A stretch of 64,000 bases of DNA from Alphaproteobacteria bacterium (GCA_024275895.1 JAJRYE010000006.1:26139-90138), one strand, 5' to 3'; counted from the stretch's first letter, positions 46,037 through 57,176 are shown. Made by a program: numbers and translations. The notes: a model not told the origin generated them from the letters alone.

Positions 46037-47242
46037 ATGTCCGCCTCGGTTCCCGCCATTAACAAGGACGCACGCGCGCGGCGCAATGTGCTGGTGCTGG
46101 CCACCGCCCAGGGGCTTTACGGTTCCGGGGCCATCATTATTTTCACCCTTGGTTCCCTGACCGGCCAGATGCTGAGCGTCAACAAGGCGCTGGCCACATT
46201 GCCCATCACCGCCTATGTTCTCGGCGCTGCCCTGTCCACATTTCCCGCCTCGATGTACATGCAGCGCTTTGGCCGCCGCACCGGCTTCATGACCGGCGCC
46301 TTTATGGGCATGAGCGGAGCCGGAGTGGCGGTTATCGCCATCTACAGGGCCAGTTTTCCCCTCTTTGTCGCCGCCATGCTGATCGCCGGATTTTATCAGG
46401 CTTTTAGCCAGTTTTACCGCTTTGCCGCCGCCGATACCGCTTCTGAGGCTTTTAAACCCAAGGCCATTTCATGGGTTCTGGCCGGCGGCGTCGCGGCGGC
46501 CTTTGCCGGTCCGCAAATCGCCATCTGGAGCAAGGACCTTCTGGCGCCCCTGAACTTTGCCGGCGCATTTGCCGCCGCCATGGGGCTCTCGATCATTGCC
46601 CAGATGGTTTTGCTTTTTGTCGATATTCCCCGGATGAGGGCGGAGCATTACGACGCAAGGCCGCGCCCGCTCGGGGTCATTATCAGGAATCCGCGCTTTC
46701 TCGTCGCCGTCTTTTGCGCCATGACCAGCTACGCCATCATGAATCTGGTCATGACCGCAACCCCGCTCTCGATCGTTGCCTGCGGGTTTTCGGTTGCCGA
46801 TGCCGCCTTTGTCATTCAGTGGCATGTTGTCGCCATGTTCGCGCCGGGGTTTTTTACAGGATATCTGATCACAAGATTTGGTGTGGAGAAGATCATCGCG
46901 CTGGGTCTGGTCTTGCTGGCGGCTTGCGGAATCGTCGCCCTGAGCGGAGTTTCGCTGGCCCGGTTCTGGTTTGCCCTTGTGCTTCTGGGGCTGGGATGGA
47001 ATTTTGCCTTTGTCGGCGCAACCACCATGGTGACCGATTGCTACCGGCCGGAAGAAAAGGCAAAGGTGCAGGGAATCAATGACTTGTCCGTGTTCGGCTC
47101 CGTCGCTCTTGCCTCCTTGCTATCAGGTGTCCTGTTCCAGAATTTTGGCTGGAACAGTGTTAACATGACCATATTTCCGTTCGTAACTCTGGCTTTGATT
47201 CTTATATTCTGGCTTGCTAATATGAAACGGTATCCATCCTGA
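46037..47242 (+). CDS. MFS transporter
   Basis: 12 predicted TM helices with the MFS loop motif MQRFGRRTGFM. Substrate not inferable. Confidence 0.8.
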   Translation: MSASVPAINKDARARRNVLVLATAQGLYGSGAIIIFTLGSLTGQMLSVNKALATLPITAYVLGAALSTFPASMYMQRFGRRTGFMTGAFMGMSGAGVAVIAIYRASFPLFVAAMLIAGFYQAFSQFYRFAAADTASEAFKPKAISWVLAGGVAAAFAGPQIAIWSKDLLAPLNFAGAFAAAMGLSIIAQMVLLFVDIPRMRAEHYDARPRPLGVIIRNPRFLVAVFCAMTSYAIMNLVMTATPLSIVACGFSVADAAFVIQWHVVAMFAPGFFTGYLITRFGVEKIIALGLVLLAACGIVALSGVSLARFWFALVLLGLGWNFAFVGATTMVTDCYRPEEKAKVQGINDLSVFGSVALASLLSGVLFQNFGWNSVNMTIFPFVTLALILIFWLANMKRYPS

Positions 47243-47420
47243 GTCTTAAGACTAAAGGGTTTGATCTTGCGAGTAGGCATGTGAATCAATTGCTTTTACA
47301 GTTGAGGTTTGTCATGTTTGCGCCCGGTTGAATGCTCTATGGGAGGGAAACAGCGCTTTTGCGCGCCTCAGGGATAACGGATACTGAAAACTAACTGGAC
47401 AAGGGAAATAGGGGGAACCA

Positions 47421-49538
47421 ATGAGTTCTACAATCTTGATTATCATCGCGAGTGGCCTGCTCGCTCTGGTCTACGGGATCTGGGCCGCGCGTTCGATCAT
47501 GGCGGCCGATGCCGGCAATGAGAAAATGCAGGAGATCGCCAAGGCCATTCAGGAAGGTGCCAGCGCCTATCTGTACCGGCAATACACGACCATCGCCATC
47601 ACCGGCGTTGTGATCTTCGCCATTGTCACACTCACATTGTCATTCACGGTTGCGATCGGCTTCGCCATCGGCGCCATCTTGTCGGGCGCGGCCGGTTTTG
47701 TTGGCATGCTGGTCTCCGTGCGCGCCAATGTGCGTACGACCCAGGCCGCCAGCAAGAGTCTTTCCGCCGGTCTGGAAATTGCGTTCAAATCAGGCGCGGT
47801 CACCGGCATGCTGGTCGCCGGGCTCGCCCTGCTGGCGGTGGCGGTTTATTATGCCGTTCTGACCGGAATCATGGGCTATGAAACCGGTGACCGCACCGTC
47901 GTCGCCGCGCTTGTAGCGCTTGGTTTCGGCGCTTCCCTTATCTCCATTTTCGCACGTCTGGGCGGCGGCATTTTCACCAAGGGCGCCGATGTCGGTGGTG
48001 ATCTTGTCGGCAAGGTTGAAGCTGGTATCCCCGAGGATGATCCGCGCAACCCGGCAACCATCGCCGATAATGTCGGTGACAATGTCGGCGACTGCGCCGG
48101 CATGGCGGCCGATCTTTTCGAGACCTATACGGTGACTGTGGTCGCCACCATGGTTCTGGCCTCGATCTTCTTCACCGGTAGCGCCCTGATGGATAACATG
48201 ATGCTTTATCCGCTGGCCATCGGCGCGGCCTGTATCCCGGCCTCGATTATCGGCACTTTTTTCGTCAAGCTGGGGAAAAGCGAAAACATCATGGGCGCGC
48301 TCTACAAGGGCTTTATCGCTTCCGCCCTGTTTTCGCTCGTGTTCTTGTTCCCGGTAACCTACCTGCTGGTCGGTTTTGATGCCACGATGAACGTTGATGG
48401 CGCCAGCTTCACCGGCTGGGATCTTTATCTGTGCGGCGTTGCCGGACTGATTGTCACCGCCCTGATTGTCTGGATCACGGAATATTACACCGCGATCGAC
48501 AAACGCCCGGTGAAAAGCATCGCCAAGGCCTCCGTCACCGGTCATGGCACCAATGTCATTCAGGGGCTGGCGGTTTCGATGGAATCCACAGCCTTGCCGG
48601 CGCTCGTTATTGTTACCGGTATTCTGGTCACGTTTAACATTGCCGGTCTGTTTGGCATTGCCGTTGCGGTGACCACCATGCTGGCGCTGGCCGGGATGGT
48701 TGTGGCGCTTGATGCTTTTGGCCCGGTCACCGACAATGCCGGCGGCATTGCCGAGATGGCGGATCTGCCCGAGGATGTGCGCAAGACCACCGATGCGCTT
48801 GACGCGGTCGGCAACACCACAAAGGCCGTGACCAAGGGCTATGCTATCGGTTCCGCCGGTCTTGGCGCTCTGGTGCTGTTTGCCGCCTATACCAAGGATC
48901 TGGAACACTTTATCGCCAATCCCGACCAGTTCGCCTATTTCAAGGGCGTGGTGCTCGATTTCTCACTCTCCAACCCCTATGTCGTGGTTGGCCTGCTGAT
49001 CGGCGGTTTGCTGCCCTACCTGTTTGCTTCCATGGGCATGATGGCTGTGGGCCGCGCCGCCGGTGCCATTGTTGAAGAGGTTCGCCGTCAGTTTAAGGAA
49101 AAACCCGGCATCATGACCTATGACGACAAACCTGACTATGGCCGGGCCGTTGATATGCTCACCAAAGCGGCGATCAAGGAAATGATGATCCCCTCGCTGC
49201 TTCCCGTGCTGGCCCCCATCGTCATGTATTTCGTTATCTACATGGTCGGTGGCAAGTCGGCAGCCTTCTCCGCCGTTGGCGCCATGCTGCTGGGGGTAAT
49301 AGTTACCGGTCTGTTCGTGGCGATTTCCATGACTTCGGGCGGCGGCGCCTGGGACAACGCCAAAAAGCTGATTGAGGACGGCGCCCATGGCGGCAAGGGT
49401 TCAGAAGCCCATAAGGCGGCCGTCACCGGCGATACGGTTGGCGATCCCTACAAGGATACGGCGGGACCCGCAGTCAACCCGATGATCAAGATTACCAATA
49501 TCGTCGCCTTGCTGCTGCTGGCCGTGCTGGCGCATTAA
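47421..49538 (+). CDS. hppA: Membrane H+-translocating pyrophosphatase, K+-independent type
   Basis: [39 protein letters not shown], and Lys in [10 protein letters not shown] (the K+-insensitive signature). Confidence 0.95.
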   Translation: MSSTILIIIASGLLALVYGIWAARSIMAADAGNEKMQEIAKAIQEGASAYLYRQYTTIAITGVVIFAIVTLTLSFTVAIGFAIGAILSGAAGFVGMLVSVRANVRTTQAASKSLSAGLEIAFKSGAVTGMLVAGLALLAVAVYYAVLTGIMGYETGDRTVVAALVALGFGASLISIFARLGGGIFTKGADVGGDLVGKVEAGIPEDDPRNPATIADNVGDNVGDCAGMAADLFETYTVTVVATMVLASIFFTGSALMDNMMLYPLAIGAACIPASIIGTFFVKLGKSENIMGALYKGFIASALFSLVFLFPVTYLLVGFDATMNVDGASFTGWDLYLCGVAGLIVTALIVWITEYYTAIDKRPVKSIAKASVTGHGTNVIQGLAVSMESTALPALVIVTGILVTFNIAGLFGIAVAVTTMLALAGMVVALDAFGPVTDNAGGIAEMADLPEDVRKTTDALDAVGNTTKAVTKGYAIGSAGLGALVLFAAYTKDLEHFIANPDQFAYFKGVVLDFSLSNPYVVVGLLIGGLLPYLFASMGMMAVGRAAGAIVEEVRRQFKEKPGIMTYDDKPDYGRAVDMLTKAAIKEMMIPSLLPVLAPIVMYFVIYMVGGKSAAFSAVGAMLLGVIVTGLFVAISMTSGGGAWDNAKKLIEDGAHGGKGSEAHKAAVTGDTVGDPYKDTAGPAVNPMIKITNIVALLLLAVLAH

Positions 49539-49556
49539 CTACCCCGGATACAAAAC

Positions 49557-49596
49557 AAAAACCCGCGAAACGTCTTGTTTTCGCGGGTTTTTTATT
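49557..49596. terminator. Bidirectional rho-independent terminator between hppA and bamE
   Basis: AAAA-ACCCGCGAAAC-gtctt-GTTTTCGCGGGT-TTTTTATT: 10-11 bp stem with flanking A- and T-runs. Confidence 0.8.
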
Positions 49597-49625
49597 GAGC
49601 TGAATCAGACCGGCGCAATATGGTT

Positions 49626-50129
49626 TTACTTTTGCCTCACGCCGGGCCTTGATGTCTGGTTGAATTTGCCCAGATTGCCGAACATCTGCTGAATAATGGT
49701 AAGTTCCTTGCCTCTTGTGGGGGTCTTGCGGCTGATGAAGTCAAAAACCACCCCATCCTTGAGGCCGTAATTTGCTATTTTAGCAACGGTTTCGGTATCA
49801 TCGAATTTGATTGCGAGAATCTTCCTATCGGTGATTTTTGGGGCGAAGAACATGTTTTGTTCAACGGTGCTTGAAATATAATAGTAGGTCTGGCCGTCAA
49901 TCGTTGATGTCGACGAGGGCGATCCCAACGCCGTTTCGACATCTTCCTTGGTGGAGCCGATATCGATCTGGTTTAACCTGTCTTTTGACATCACATAACC
50001 GCGATGGTCCCTGATCGGGCTGCATGCGCTGCTCAAACCGCCAATGACCAGTGCCATCATCACAGCTCTGGCGGCTTTGCCGGTCAGGGTGTGCTTCAGG
50101 CGCAATGCGTATTGATGAGTGTCTTTCAT
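49626..50129 (-). CDS. bamE: Outer-membrane assembly lipoprotein BamE (SmpA/OmlA)
   Basis: Lipobox GGLSSAC, then RGYVMSKDRLNQIDIGSTKEDVETALGSPSSTSTIDGQTYYYIS. Confidence 0.85.
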   Translation of the reverse strand: MKDTHQYALRLKHTLTGKAARAVMMALVIGGLSSACSPIRDHRGYVMSKDRLNQIDIGSTKEDVETALGSPSSTSTIDGQTYYYISSTVEQNMFFAPKITDRKILAIKFDDTETVAKIANYGLKDGVVFDFISRKTPTRGKELTIIQQMFGNLGKFNQTSRPGVRQK

Positions 50130-50227
50130 GATCCACCAGCGGATGTTAAACTGTTGTGTGTTGACCTATACCGGCAGGCGGCACTTTGCAAGTGACGCCG
50201 GGGGTAAAAGCGAAGAAGGAATGATTT

Positions 50228-50770
50228 GTGATTATCAGACGCCTGCTCCGTAAAAATCCTCACCGGGAGGCTGTAGAGTCTCTTTACGCGGAAATTATGG
50301 CACAATCCCGCATGCCCTTTTTTTATCAGGAGCTGTATGTGCCCGATACGCTTGACGGGCGTTTTGAGCTGCTCACAATTCATGTCTTTCTGGTCGTTCA
50401 CCGCCTGAAACAGGACCCGGGTAGGGAGGAAATCATACGGCAGTTGCCGGAAAAAATGCTGCATGAGATTGACCTGGCCTTAAGAGAAACCGGCGTGTCT
50501 GATATGGGGGTGCCGCGCCGGGTGAAAACGATGGCAAAAGCCTTTTTGGGGCGTGCAACGGTCTATGAAACCGCTATGGGAAACTCTGATATGGATATGC
50601 TGGAGGCCGCGCTTGGCCGCAATGTGTTTCCTGAACAGGAAGGGGATATGCCTGCAATTGCCGGGCTTGCCGTCTATATGCGGCGGGCTGAAGCGCATCT
50701 CGCCGCCCTTGACGGGGACAGGGTTTTTGCGGGCATGGTGTCTTTTCCGGGTCCGGGGGAAAAAGAATGA
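50228..50770 (+). CDS. Ubiquinol-cytochrome c chaperone-like protein (Cbp3/UQCC1 domain)
   Basis: GTG start. Y..I..Q.R.P.FY....VPDTLDGRFELLTIHVFLVVHRL pattern, and the usual position between bamE and the DUF177 gene in Rhizobiales-type synteny. Confidence 0.7.
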   Translation: MIIRRLLRKNPHREAVESLYAEIMAQSRMPFFYQELYVPDTLDGRFELLTIHVFLVVHRLKQDPGREEIIRQLPEKMLHEIDLALRETGVSDMGVPRRVKTMAKAFLGRATVYETAMGNSDMDMLEAALGRNVFPEQEGDMPAIAGLAVYMRRAEAHLAALDGDRVFAGMVSFPGPGEKE

Positions 50771-51318
50771 ATACCAGGACGGAAATCGGTTGTTTTATCA
50801 AAGCGGCATCGCTTCATGCAAAAGACCGGGATATCGTTATTCGCGCCAGCGCGGATGAATGCGCAGCGATCGCTGCCCGGTTCGGATTGTTGCGGCTTGA
50901 GAGCTTTTATGTGGAGGGAAAAGCTGCGCGCTGGAAAAAAAGAGGCGTCAGCCTGAGCGGGCGGATAAGGGCGCGTCTGGAGCAAAACTGTATTGCGACG
51001 CTCGAGCCGGTCGGTGAGGAGATTGATGCGCCGTTCAAGGCGTTTTTCTGGCCGGCCGAATTTGCCGGAGAATTGCCGGATGAGGGCATCTCGGGCGAGG
51101 TTTTTACCGATATTGATTCCGATGATTCGCCTGAGCTTTATGAAAATGATGCAATCAATATCGGCGAAGCCGTTCTGGAATATTTTGCCCTGGCGATAAA
51201 TCCCTACCCGAAGAAATCCGGCTCCGGGTCCGGTATTCCGGCGCAAAAGAGTGACAATGCGGCAGTCGAGGCTTCACCTTTTGTGGTTTTGAAGGGGTTG
51301 AAAAATGGTGGCGAATAA
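50767..51318 (+). CDS. DUF177 (YceD-like) protein
   Basis: 183 aa, acidic. LEQNCIATLEPVGEEIDAPF...DAINIGEAVLEYFALAINPYPKK is typical of YceD. Lies upstream of plsX as in many bacteria. Confidence 0.75.
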   Translation: MNTRTEIGCFIKAASLHAKDRDIVIRASADECAAIAARFGLLRLESFYVEGKAARWKKRGVSLSGRIRARLEQNCIATLEPVGEEIDAPFKAFFWPAEFAGELPDEGISGEVFTDIDSDDSPELYENDAINIGEAVLEYFALAINPYPKKSGSGSGIPAQKSDNAAVEASPFVVLKGLKNGGE

Positions 51319-51438
51319 GTCACTTTTTGTAAGGAACTGCAATATTGTGTGATGAAAACAGTTGCCAGTCCCATGAAGGGCATTTTACCCTGTGGTGACT
51401 GACTGGCCTGAACGCCAGAGGTAACAGGCAGGGGGGAC

Positions 51439-52506
51439 ATGGCCAAGACATTGACAATCGCGCTGGATGTCATGGGGGGAGATCGCGGCCCCTCGACAGT
51501 CATCCCCGGCGCTGATATTGCGCTCAAACGCAATCCGGAACTGAATTTCCTCCTCTATGGCGATGAGGGCGAGATTGCCGGATGGCTGGAGCGATATCCT
51601 GATGTCGCCAACATCTCGCAAACCATTCATTGTGAAATCGCCGTGCGCATGGACGAAAAACCGTCCCAGGCCCTGCGCCGAGGGCGCCGCGAAAGCAGTA
51701 TGTGGCGCACCATTGACGCCACCAAAACGAAACAGGCCGATGCCGCCGTCTCCGCCGGCAATACCGGCGCACTCATGGCCATGGCGTTTTTTAATCTGCG
51801 CACCATGCAAGGCGTTGACCGTCCCGCAATTGCCGGCATCTGGCCAACGAATCGCGGTGACAGCATTGTTCTGGATATGGGGGCCACCATTGGCGCCAAT
51901 GCCATGCAGCTGGTCGATTTTGCTGTTATGGGCGCGGCCATGGCGCGCGCCGTGCTGGGGATGAAAAAACCGACCGTCGGATTGCTCAATATCGGTGTGG
52001 AAGAGGTCAAGGGGCTTGATGAGGTCCGGCAGGCCGGCCGGATCCTGCGCAAACTTGAACTTCCCCTTGAATATCATGGTTTTGTTGAGGGCAATGATCT
52101 GGGGCAGGGCACGACGGACGTTGTGGTGACCGAAGGCTTCAGCGGCAATATTGCCTTGAAGGCCGCCGAGGGCACGGTCCGGCAGATTACCGGCTTTTTA
52201 AAACGCGCCATGGTCAAATCCTGGCGCACCAGGCTTGGCTATATTCTCGCCAAGCCCGCCTTTGACGCGCTGAAGGAAAAGCTTGATCCGACCGGGGCCA
52301 ATGGCGGCGTTTTTCTCGGGCTAAACGGTCTTGTCATCAAGAGCCATGGAGGCACCAGCGCCATAGGATTTGCCAATGCTATCGAGCTTGGCGTCAATAT
52401 GGCGCGCTTTGATATGGTTGCGAAAATTGCAAGAGATATTGACTTGTCCCACAAGGTGGATACGGTGCCAGCCGACAAGTCAGTAAAAAAGGCGGCGAAA
52501 TCTTGA
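51439..52506 (+). CDS. plsX: Phosphate acyltransferase
   Basis: [61 protein letters not shown]. Confidence 0.95.
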   Translation: MAKTLTIALDVMGGDRGPSTVIPGADIALKRNPELNFLLYGDEGEIAGWLERYPDVANISQTIHCEIAVRMDEKPSQALRRGRRESSMWRTIDATKTKQADAAVSAGNTGALMAMAFFNLRTMQGVDRPAIAGIWPTNRGDSIVLDMGATIGANAMQLVDFAVMGAAMARAVLGMKKPTVGLLNIGVEEVKGLDEVRQAGRILRKLELPLEYHGFVEGNDLGQGTTDVVVTEGFSGNIALKAAEGTVRQITGFLKRAMVKSWRTRLGYILAKPAFDALKEKLDPTGANGGVFLGLNGLVIKSHGGTSAIGFANAIELGVNMARFDMVAKIARDIDLSHKVDTVPADKSVKKAAKS

Positions 52507-53480
52507 AAACTTACCGTTCGGTTGTGCGCGGGACAGGTTCGTACCTGCCGGCGAGAATCGTGACCAATGATGAACTGGCGACCTCGGTAGATACCAGCGA
52601 CGCCTGGATTGTCGAGCGCACCGGCATCCGCGAGCGCCGCATCGCGGCGGATGACGAATTCACCTCAACACTGGGGCTTGAAGCCGCCCGCCGGGCACTT
52701 GACCATGCCGGCATGAAGGCAGACGAGATCGAACTGATCGTTCTGGCGACCTCCACTCCCGATTATACCTTTCCGGCAACGGCAACTGCGATCCAGAACG
52801 GTCTGGGTATCACCCGCGGCGTCGCTTTTGATTTGCAGGCCGTTTGCAGCGGATTTGTGTTTGCGCTGGCGACGGCGGATAATTTTTTAAAATGCGGCCA
52901 GTATAATACGGCGCTGGTTATCGGCTCGGAAACCTTCTCGCGCATTCTTGACTGGGATGACCGCTCAACCTGCATCCTGTTCGGCGACGGGGCGGGAGCC
53001 GTTATTCTGGAAGCGCGCGAAAGCGGCAATGAGGCAAATCCGCGCGGGATCATATCAACCCATATCCACTCCGACGGGCGCTACCGCGACAAGCTCTATG
53101 TCGATGGCGGTGTCTCGAAAACCGGAACGGTCGGGCATCTTCGCATGCAGGGCCGCGATGTTTTCCGTCACGCCGTGGTGAACATCGCCGCCTGCATAAC
53201 CGAAGCGCTTGAGGCGTCAGGGCTCAAAGCGGATGATATCGACTGGTTCGTACCGCATCAGGCCAACAAGCGAATCCTCGATGGGACTGCCCGCAAGATT
53301 GGACTGGCTCCTGAAAAAATCGTCATAACCCTAGATAAACATGGCAATACTTCCGCCGCTTCCATTCCTCTGGCGCTGGACGAGGCAGTAAAGGACGGCC
53401 GGGTGAAAATCGGCGATCTGGTGCTCCTGGAAGCTATGGGCGGTGGGTTTACCTGGGGCTCGGCGCTCATCAGATGGTAA
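52503..53480 (+). CDS. fabH: 3-oxoacyl-ACP synthase III
   Basis: TTG start overlapping the plsX stop. [31 protein letters not shown] (active Cys), [21 protein letters not shown]. Confidence 0.93.
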   Translation: MKTYRSVVRGTGSYLPARIVTNDELATSVDTSDAWIVERTGIRERRIAADDEFTSTLGLEAARRALDHAGMKADEIELIVLATSTPDYTFPATATAIQNGLGITRGVAFDLQAVCSGFVFALATADNFLKCGQYNTALVIGSETFSRILDWDDRSTCILFGDGAGAVILEARESGNEANPRGIISTHIHSDGRYRDKLYVDGGVSKTGTVGHLRMQGRDVFRHAVVNIAACITEALEASGLKADDIDWFVPHQANKRILDGTARKIGLAPEKIVITLDKHGNTSAASIPLALDEAVKDGRVKIGDLVLLEAMGGGFTWGSALIRW

Positions 53481-53581
53481 CAGTCTCGTGCTTTGGCCAA
53501 AAATTCCTTAAATCGCATTGATTTTTATGGCATATTCAGGAATAATGAATACAAAATGCCTGAAGGGGGGGCAAATAGGTT

Positions 53582-53887
53582 ATGGAAAAAAGTACATTGA
53601 CGCGTGCTGACCTTGCCGAAGCCATTTATCAGGAAGTGGGGTTGTCGCGCAGCGAATCAGCCGCATTGGTTGAATTTCTGATTGAGGAAATTCTGTCTTC
53701 CCTGGAAAAAGGTGGCGATGTCAAGATATCCTCATTCGGCAATTTTATCGTGCGAGACAAGAAAGCCCGCATCGGCAGGAACCCGAAAACCGGCGAAGAA
53801 GTGATCATCACGCCGCGCCGGGTGCTTTCGTTCCGCCCCAGCCAGGTCCTCAAACAGAAAGTCGACGAGGGAAACAAATCGGCTTGA
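53582..53887 (+). CDS. ihfA: Integration host factor alpha subunit
   Basis: [21 protein letters not shown]..., [40 protein letters not shown]. Confidence 0.95.
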   Translation: MEKSTLTRADLAEAIYQEVGLSRSESAALVEFLIEEILSSLEKGGDVKISSFGNFIVRDKKARIGRNPKTGEEVIITPRRVLSFRPSQVLKQKVDEGNKSA

Positions 53888-53933
53888 GCCTGGATGACAG
53901 CAATGGCGGGACACAGTAAGCTGGAGGCCAGTT

Positions 53934-54443
53934 TTGGATAAATCACCCGACGCCTTTCGCACAATCAGTGAAGTTGCCGACGATCTTGACGTGCCGCAGC
54001 ACGTATTGCGGTTCTGGGAGAGCAAGTTTCATCAGATTAAACCCCTGAAACGCGGCGGTGGCCGGCGTTATTACCGCCCCTCCGATGTCGATCTTCTTCG
54101 CGGAATAAAACAGCTTCTTTATGGCGATGGTTACACCATAAAGGGGGTGCAGAAGATTTTGCGTGAGCAGGGCGTGGTCTATGCCCAGACAATATGGAGC
54201 GGGCAGGAGGGAAAATCCGGCGCCAAGTCCACTGAGCCTGAACAAAAGCAAAGCCCGTCACGGCCCGTTCAGAAAACGTCTGGGCCGGCCAGGGAGACCA
54301 CGCCCCGAAGCAAGGCTGCGCCCGATGCGCCGCCGGCGGCTGTTCAGGGGCTTGATGCCAATCGCTCCCGTCTGTTGAAGGCGGCGTTGTTTGAGCTTTC
54401 CGAGATCAGGCTGCTGCTGGAATCGGCGCCGCAAAAACCTTGA
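53934..54443 (+). CDS. MerR-family transcriptional regulator
   Basis: [54 protein letters not shown] start is uncertain. Low-complexity C-terminus. Confidence 0.8.
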   Translation: MDKSPDAFRTISEVADDLDVPQHVLRFWESKFHQIKPLKRGGGRRYYRPSDVDLLRGIKQLLYGDGYTIKGVQKILREQGVVYAQTIWSGQEGKSGAKSTEPEQKQSPSRPVQKTSGPARETTPRSKAAPDAPPAAVQGLDANRSRLLKAALFELSEIRLLLESAPQKP

Positions 54444-54530
54444 GGTCTCACAAAAACTTTACTCTTTCTTAGCCAAGACTGCCTAGCCTTTACCCTTGAT
54501 TCATCCTGATGCATAAAGGGTTGCGGGTTT

Positions 54531-55913
54531 ATGGCATTTTGTAGTTGCGTTAAAAAGCACGGGCTCGTTCTGGCCGCGGCTTTGTTTGTTGCGTTCCTCA
54601 TCAATTCCACCGGCGACGCCGCGGCAAGGCCCGAGCTGGCCTCGCTGGTTGTGGATGGATATAGCGGCAAGGTGCTTTTTGCGCGCAAAGCCGATGCGCG
54701 GCGCTATCCTGCGTCCCTGACCAAGATCATGACGCTTTATATCCTGTTTGAGGAAATGAAAAACCGGCGTATCAGCAAGCATACGCTCATGCGCTTTTCA
54801 CGCCGCGCCGCCGCGCAGCAACCCTCGAAACTCGGCTTGCGCGCAGGCTCAAAAATCCGCGCTATCCATGCCATCAAGGCTCTGGTGACCAAATCCGCCA
54901 ATGATGTCGCCGTGGTTGTCGCCGAGCATATCTCCGGCTCGGAATACAAATTCGCCCGCCGCATGACCCGCACGGCGCGCAAACTGGGCATGAGCCGGAC
55001 GGTTTTCCGCAATGCATCGGGACTGCCAGACCGCAAGCAGGTCACCACCGCGCGCGACATGGTTACTCTTTCCAGAGCCATCCAGCGCGATTTCCCGGAA
55101 TATTTCCATTATTTCAAAATCCGCAGTTTCAGCTACAAGGGGCGTAAATACCGCAATCACAACCGTCTGCTGGGCCGTTATCAGGGCATGGAGGGGATCA
55201 AGACCGGATATACCCGTGCCGCCGGTTTTAACCTGACAACCTCGGTTAAGATCAACAACCGCCATATCATTGCCGCGGTGCTGGGCGGCAAAACCGGCAA
55301 GGCGCGCGATGCCTATATGCGCTATGTCCTGGACCGTTCCCTGCCAAGGGCGGTGCGATTGACCCCGGCCAAACTCAGAGCCAGAAAGCTGCGTCTGGCC
55401 AGAGCAAAAACCAGATCAAACTCAGACCGCCATACCGTCAAACTGCTGCGCAGAAGTGTTGAAACGCCGCTGGAGGACCGCTCGCTCGACGCCAAGATTG
55501 CGGCGATTATCGACAAGCCCGTTGTCCTGAGTTCCGTTGTCACTGCCGCGAGCATCACCGATACCGGCAAGGCGCTCGAACAGGGCAGCCGCAAGCCCGA
55601 AAACAGGCCCTCCATAATTCCGCGCCGCGCGCCGAGCGTGCCCTCGCGCGCCATTGTTGCCGTCAACACATCGCCGTGGAATATTCAGGTTGGCGCCTAC
55701 AGCTACAAGGAGCAGGCCATCAGCCGTCTGGCCGCCGTCAAGCGCGCCGCCGCCTGGATTCTCAAGGGCCGCACCGGTTTCGCCATGGAAGTCAACAAAG
55801 GCGAAAAAACCTTTTACCGCGCCCGTTTCGGGCTTGATAACAAGCGTATCGCCTCTCTGGCCTGTAAAAATCTGAAGCGCAAATCCATCCCCTGCATCGT
55901 TTTGCAGAATTAG
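54531..55913 (+). CDS. D-alanyl-D-alanine carboxypeptidase (S11, PBP5/6-like) with C-terminal SPOR domain
   Basis: SxxK (PASLTKIMT), SxN (KSANDV) and KTG (IKTGYT) motifs. C-terminal WNIQVGAYSYKEQAISRLAAVK...FYRARFGL resembles a SPOR fold. Confidence 0.85.
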   Translation: MAFCSCVKKHGLVLAAALFVAFLINSTGDAAARPELASLVVDGYSGKVLFARKADARRYPASLTKIMTLYILFEEMKNRRISKHTLMRFSRRAAAQQPSKLGLRAGSKIRAIHAIKALVTKSANDVAVVVAEHISGSEYKFARRMTRTARKLGMSRTVFRNASGLPDRKQVTTARDMVTLSRAIQRDFPEYFHYFKIRSFSYKGRKYRNHNRLLGRYQGMEGIKTGYTRAAGFNLTTSVKINNRHIIAAVLGGKTGKARDAYMRYVLDRSLPRAVRLTPAKLRARKLRLARAKTRSNSDRHTVKLLRRSVETPLEDRSLDAKIAAIIDKPVVLSSVVTAASITDTGKALEQGSRKPENRPSIIPRRAPSVPSRAIVAVNTSPWNIQVGAYSYKEQAISRLAAVKRAAAWILKGRTGFAMEVNKGEKTFYRARFGLDNKRIASLACKNLKRKSIPCIVLQN

Positions 55914-55940
55914 GCTATCACGCGATTAATAAGAATCGCA

Positions 55941-56117
55941 TTCATACTCTAGAGCGTTTCCGATTTTGATTGAATCAAAACCAGGCTCTAACTCTTTGTT
56001 ATTGCCGCACTTCTTATCGGAAAACCGGTTCCCACTTTTCCGGAAGTGCTCTAACTATTGGTTTTGATCCCATCATTTTATCCGAAAGCCGCGTACACTT
56101 TTTGGAATGATGCTCTA
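55941..56117. repeat. Three tandem intergenic repeat units each ending in GCTCTAA
   Basis: Units end at 55990, 56053 and 56117. The last two (63 and 64 nt) align over ..ATCgGAAAaCCG..cCACTTTT.cGGAA.t.GCTCTAAc/t. The first unit carries the palindrome TTTTGAT-tga-ATCAAAA (55964-55980). Confidence 0.65.
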
Positions 56118-56996
56118 ATTCACGCGGATAAAGGCGCTTTCTCTTTCTTTTGCGGTTTTTCTGCCCTTTATCGCCGGATTTGTACGATCTGGCAGCCCCA
56201 GGGCGTCAACCAGTGCCCGGACTTCCTGCCGCGCGGCGATATGCGAGATTGAGGGGGCGACACGGCCCTGCGTTTCGAAAACGTCAAACAAGGTCAACCC
56301 TCTGGTAAAAAGCTCGCGGTAAATCACCCGCTCGCCAAGCCCCTTCGCGGTTCTGAATCCATAGCAGGTTCTGGCCTGCGCCAGTGCGGTTTCCATGGCG
56401 CGTTTGTTTCTGGCGTCGAGGCTGGAGAGGCGGTTTCGGGCCACGATCCAGTCGATCGTGCCGCCATCGGCCGCCATGCGCTGTTTGCGCGCCTCCGCGA
56501 CCATTTTTGTGTATTGGCTCTGTTCGATAATCGATGTGGCTTCAGGGGCAAATTTGGCGATGACATCCAGATCAATAAAACTGTCATTGATGGGGGTAAG
56601 AAGTGTGTCGGCCATGGCGTGGCCAAGACGGCACAGATAGCTGTCATGCCCCGGCGTGTCTATGACCAGAAAATCATAATCATATTCAAGCTGTGCAACC
56701 GCTTCGGCAAAAATCGTAAACTCATAATCCTCGCGCGCGTTGATACCTTGCGCATCGGAACGGGTGAGGGGGATGTGATCGGGTATCTTGAGATCAAGGT
56801 TTTGCGCCCTGGACCAGGCCGCCCTGTTTTCAATAAAGCGTGTCAGAGAGAGCTGACGCGTATCAAGATCAAGCGAGGCCACGCTCTGGCCTGATGCCAG
56901 CAGGGCAACGATGATATGCATGGCAAGGGTTGATTTTCCCGAACCGCCCTTTTCATTGCCCAGAACAATAACATATGCCGGTTTTTGGTTCGCCAT
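56115..56996 (-). CDS. mipZ: Division-site positioning ATPase MipZ (ParA/MinD superfamily)
   Basis: AYVIVLGNEKGGSGKSTLAMHIIVALL deviant Walker A, then DLDTRQLSLTRFIENRAAW, characteristic of MipZ rather than ParA. Confidence 0.85.
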   Translation of the reverse strand: MANQKPAYVIVLGNEKGGSGKSTLAMHIIVALLASGQSVASLDLDTRQLSLTRFIENRAAWSRAQNLDLKIPDHIPLTRSDAQGINAREDYEFTIFAEAVAQLEYDYDFLVIDTPGHDSYLCRLGHAMADTLLTPINDSFIDLDVIAKFAPEATSIIEQSQYTKMVAEARKQRMAADGGTIDWIVARNRLSSLDARNKRAMETALAQARTCYGFRTAKGLGERVIYRELFTRGLTLFDVFETQGRVAPSISHIAARQEVRALVDALGLPDRTNPAIKGRKTAKERESAFIRVN

Positions 56997-57176
56997 TTCT
57001 CGCTTAAGCCCTTAAATATATCCCGGCCCTTCCCATTTAATTATTCAAGCGTAACATGCAAGCTGTGATACGGGTGGGGAATCTTGAAAAATGGTAAATA
57101 TGCCAAGTTGCGGCGCCAGGGGCTTTGCAGCTATATGTAGCCCTGATTATAAAACCCTGCGGGAAACCGGCGAATA

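Noticed and set aside
51319-51438. Expected rpmF (L32) between the DUF177 gene and plsX
   Set aside because: No ORF with L32-like sequence exists in any frame of this 120-nt spacer. rpmF must be elsewhere, as in other Rhizobiales-type genomes.
55964-55980. TTGAT-tga-ATCAA palindrome as a second FNR-type site
   Set aside because: The spacing is N3, not the N4 required for the FNR/FixK consensus. It sits inside a repeat unit between two gene 3' ends, not in a promoter.
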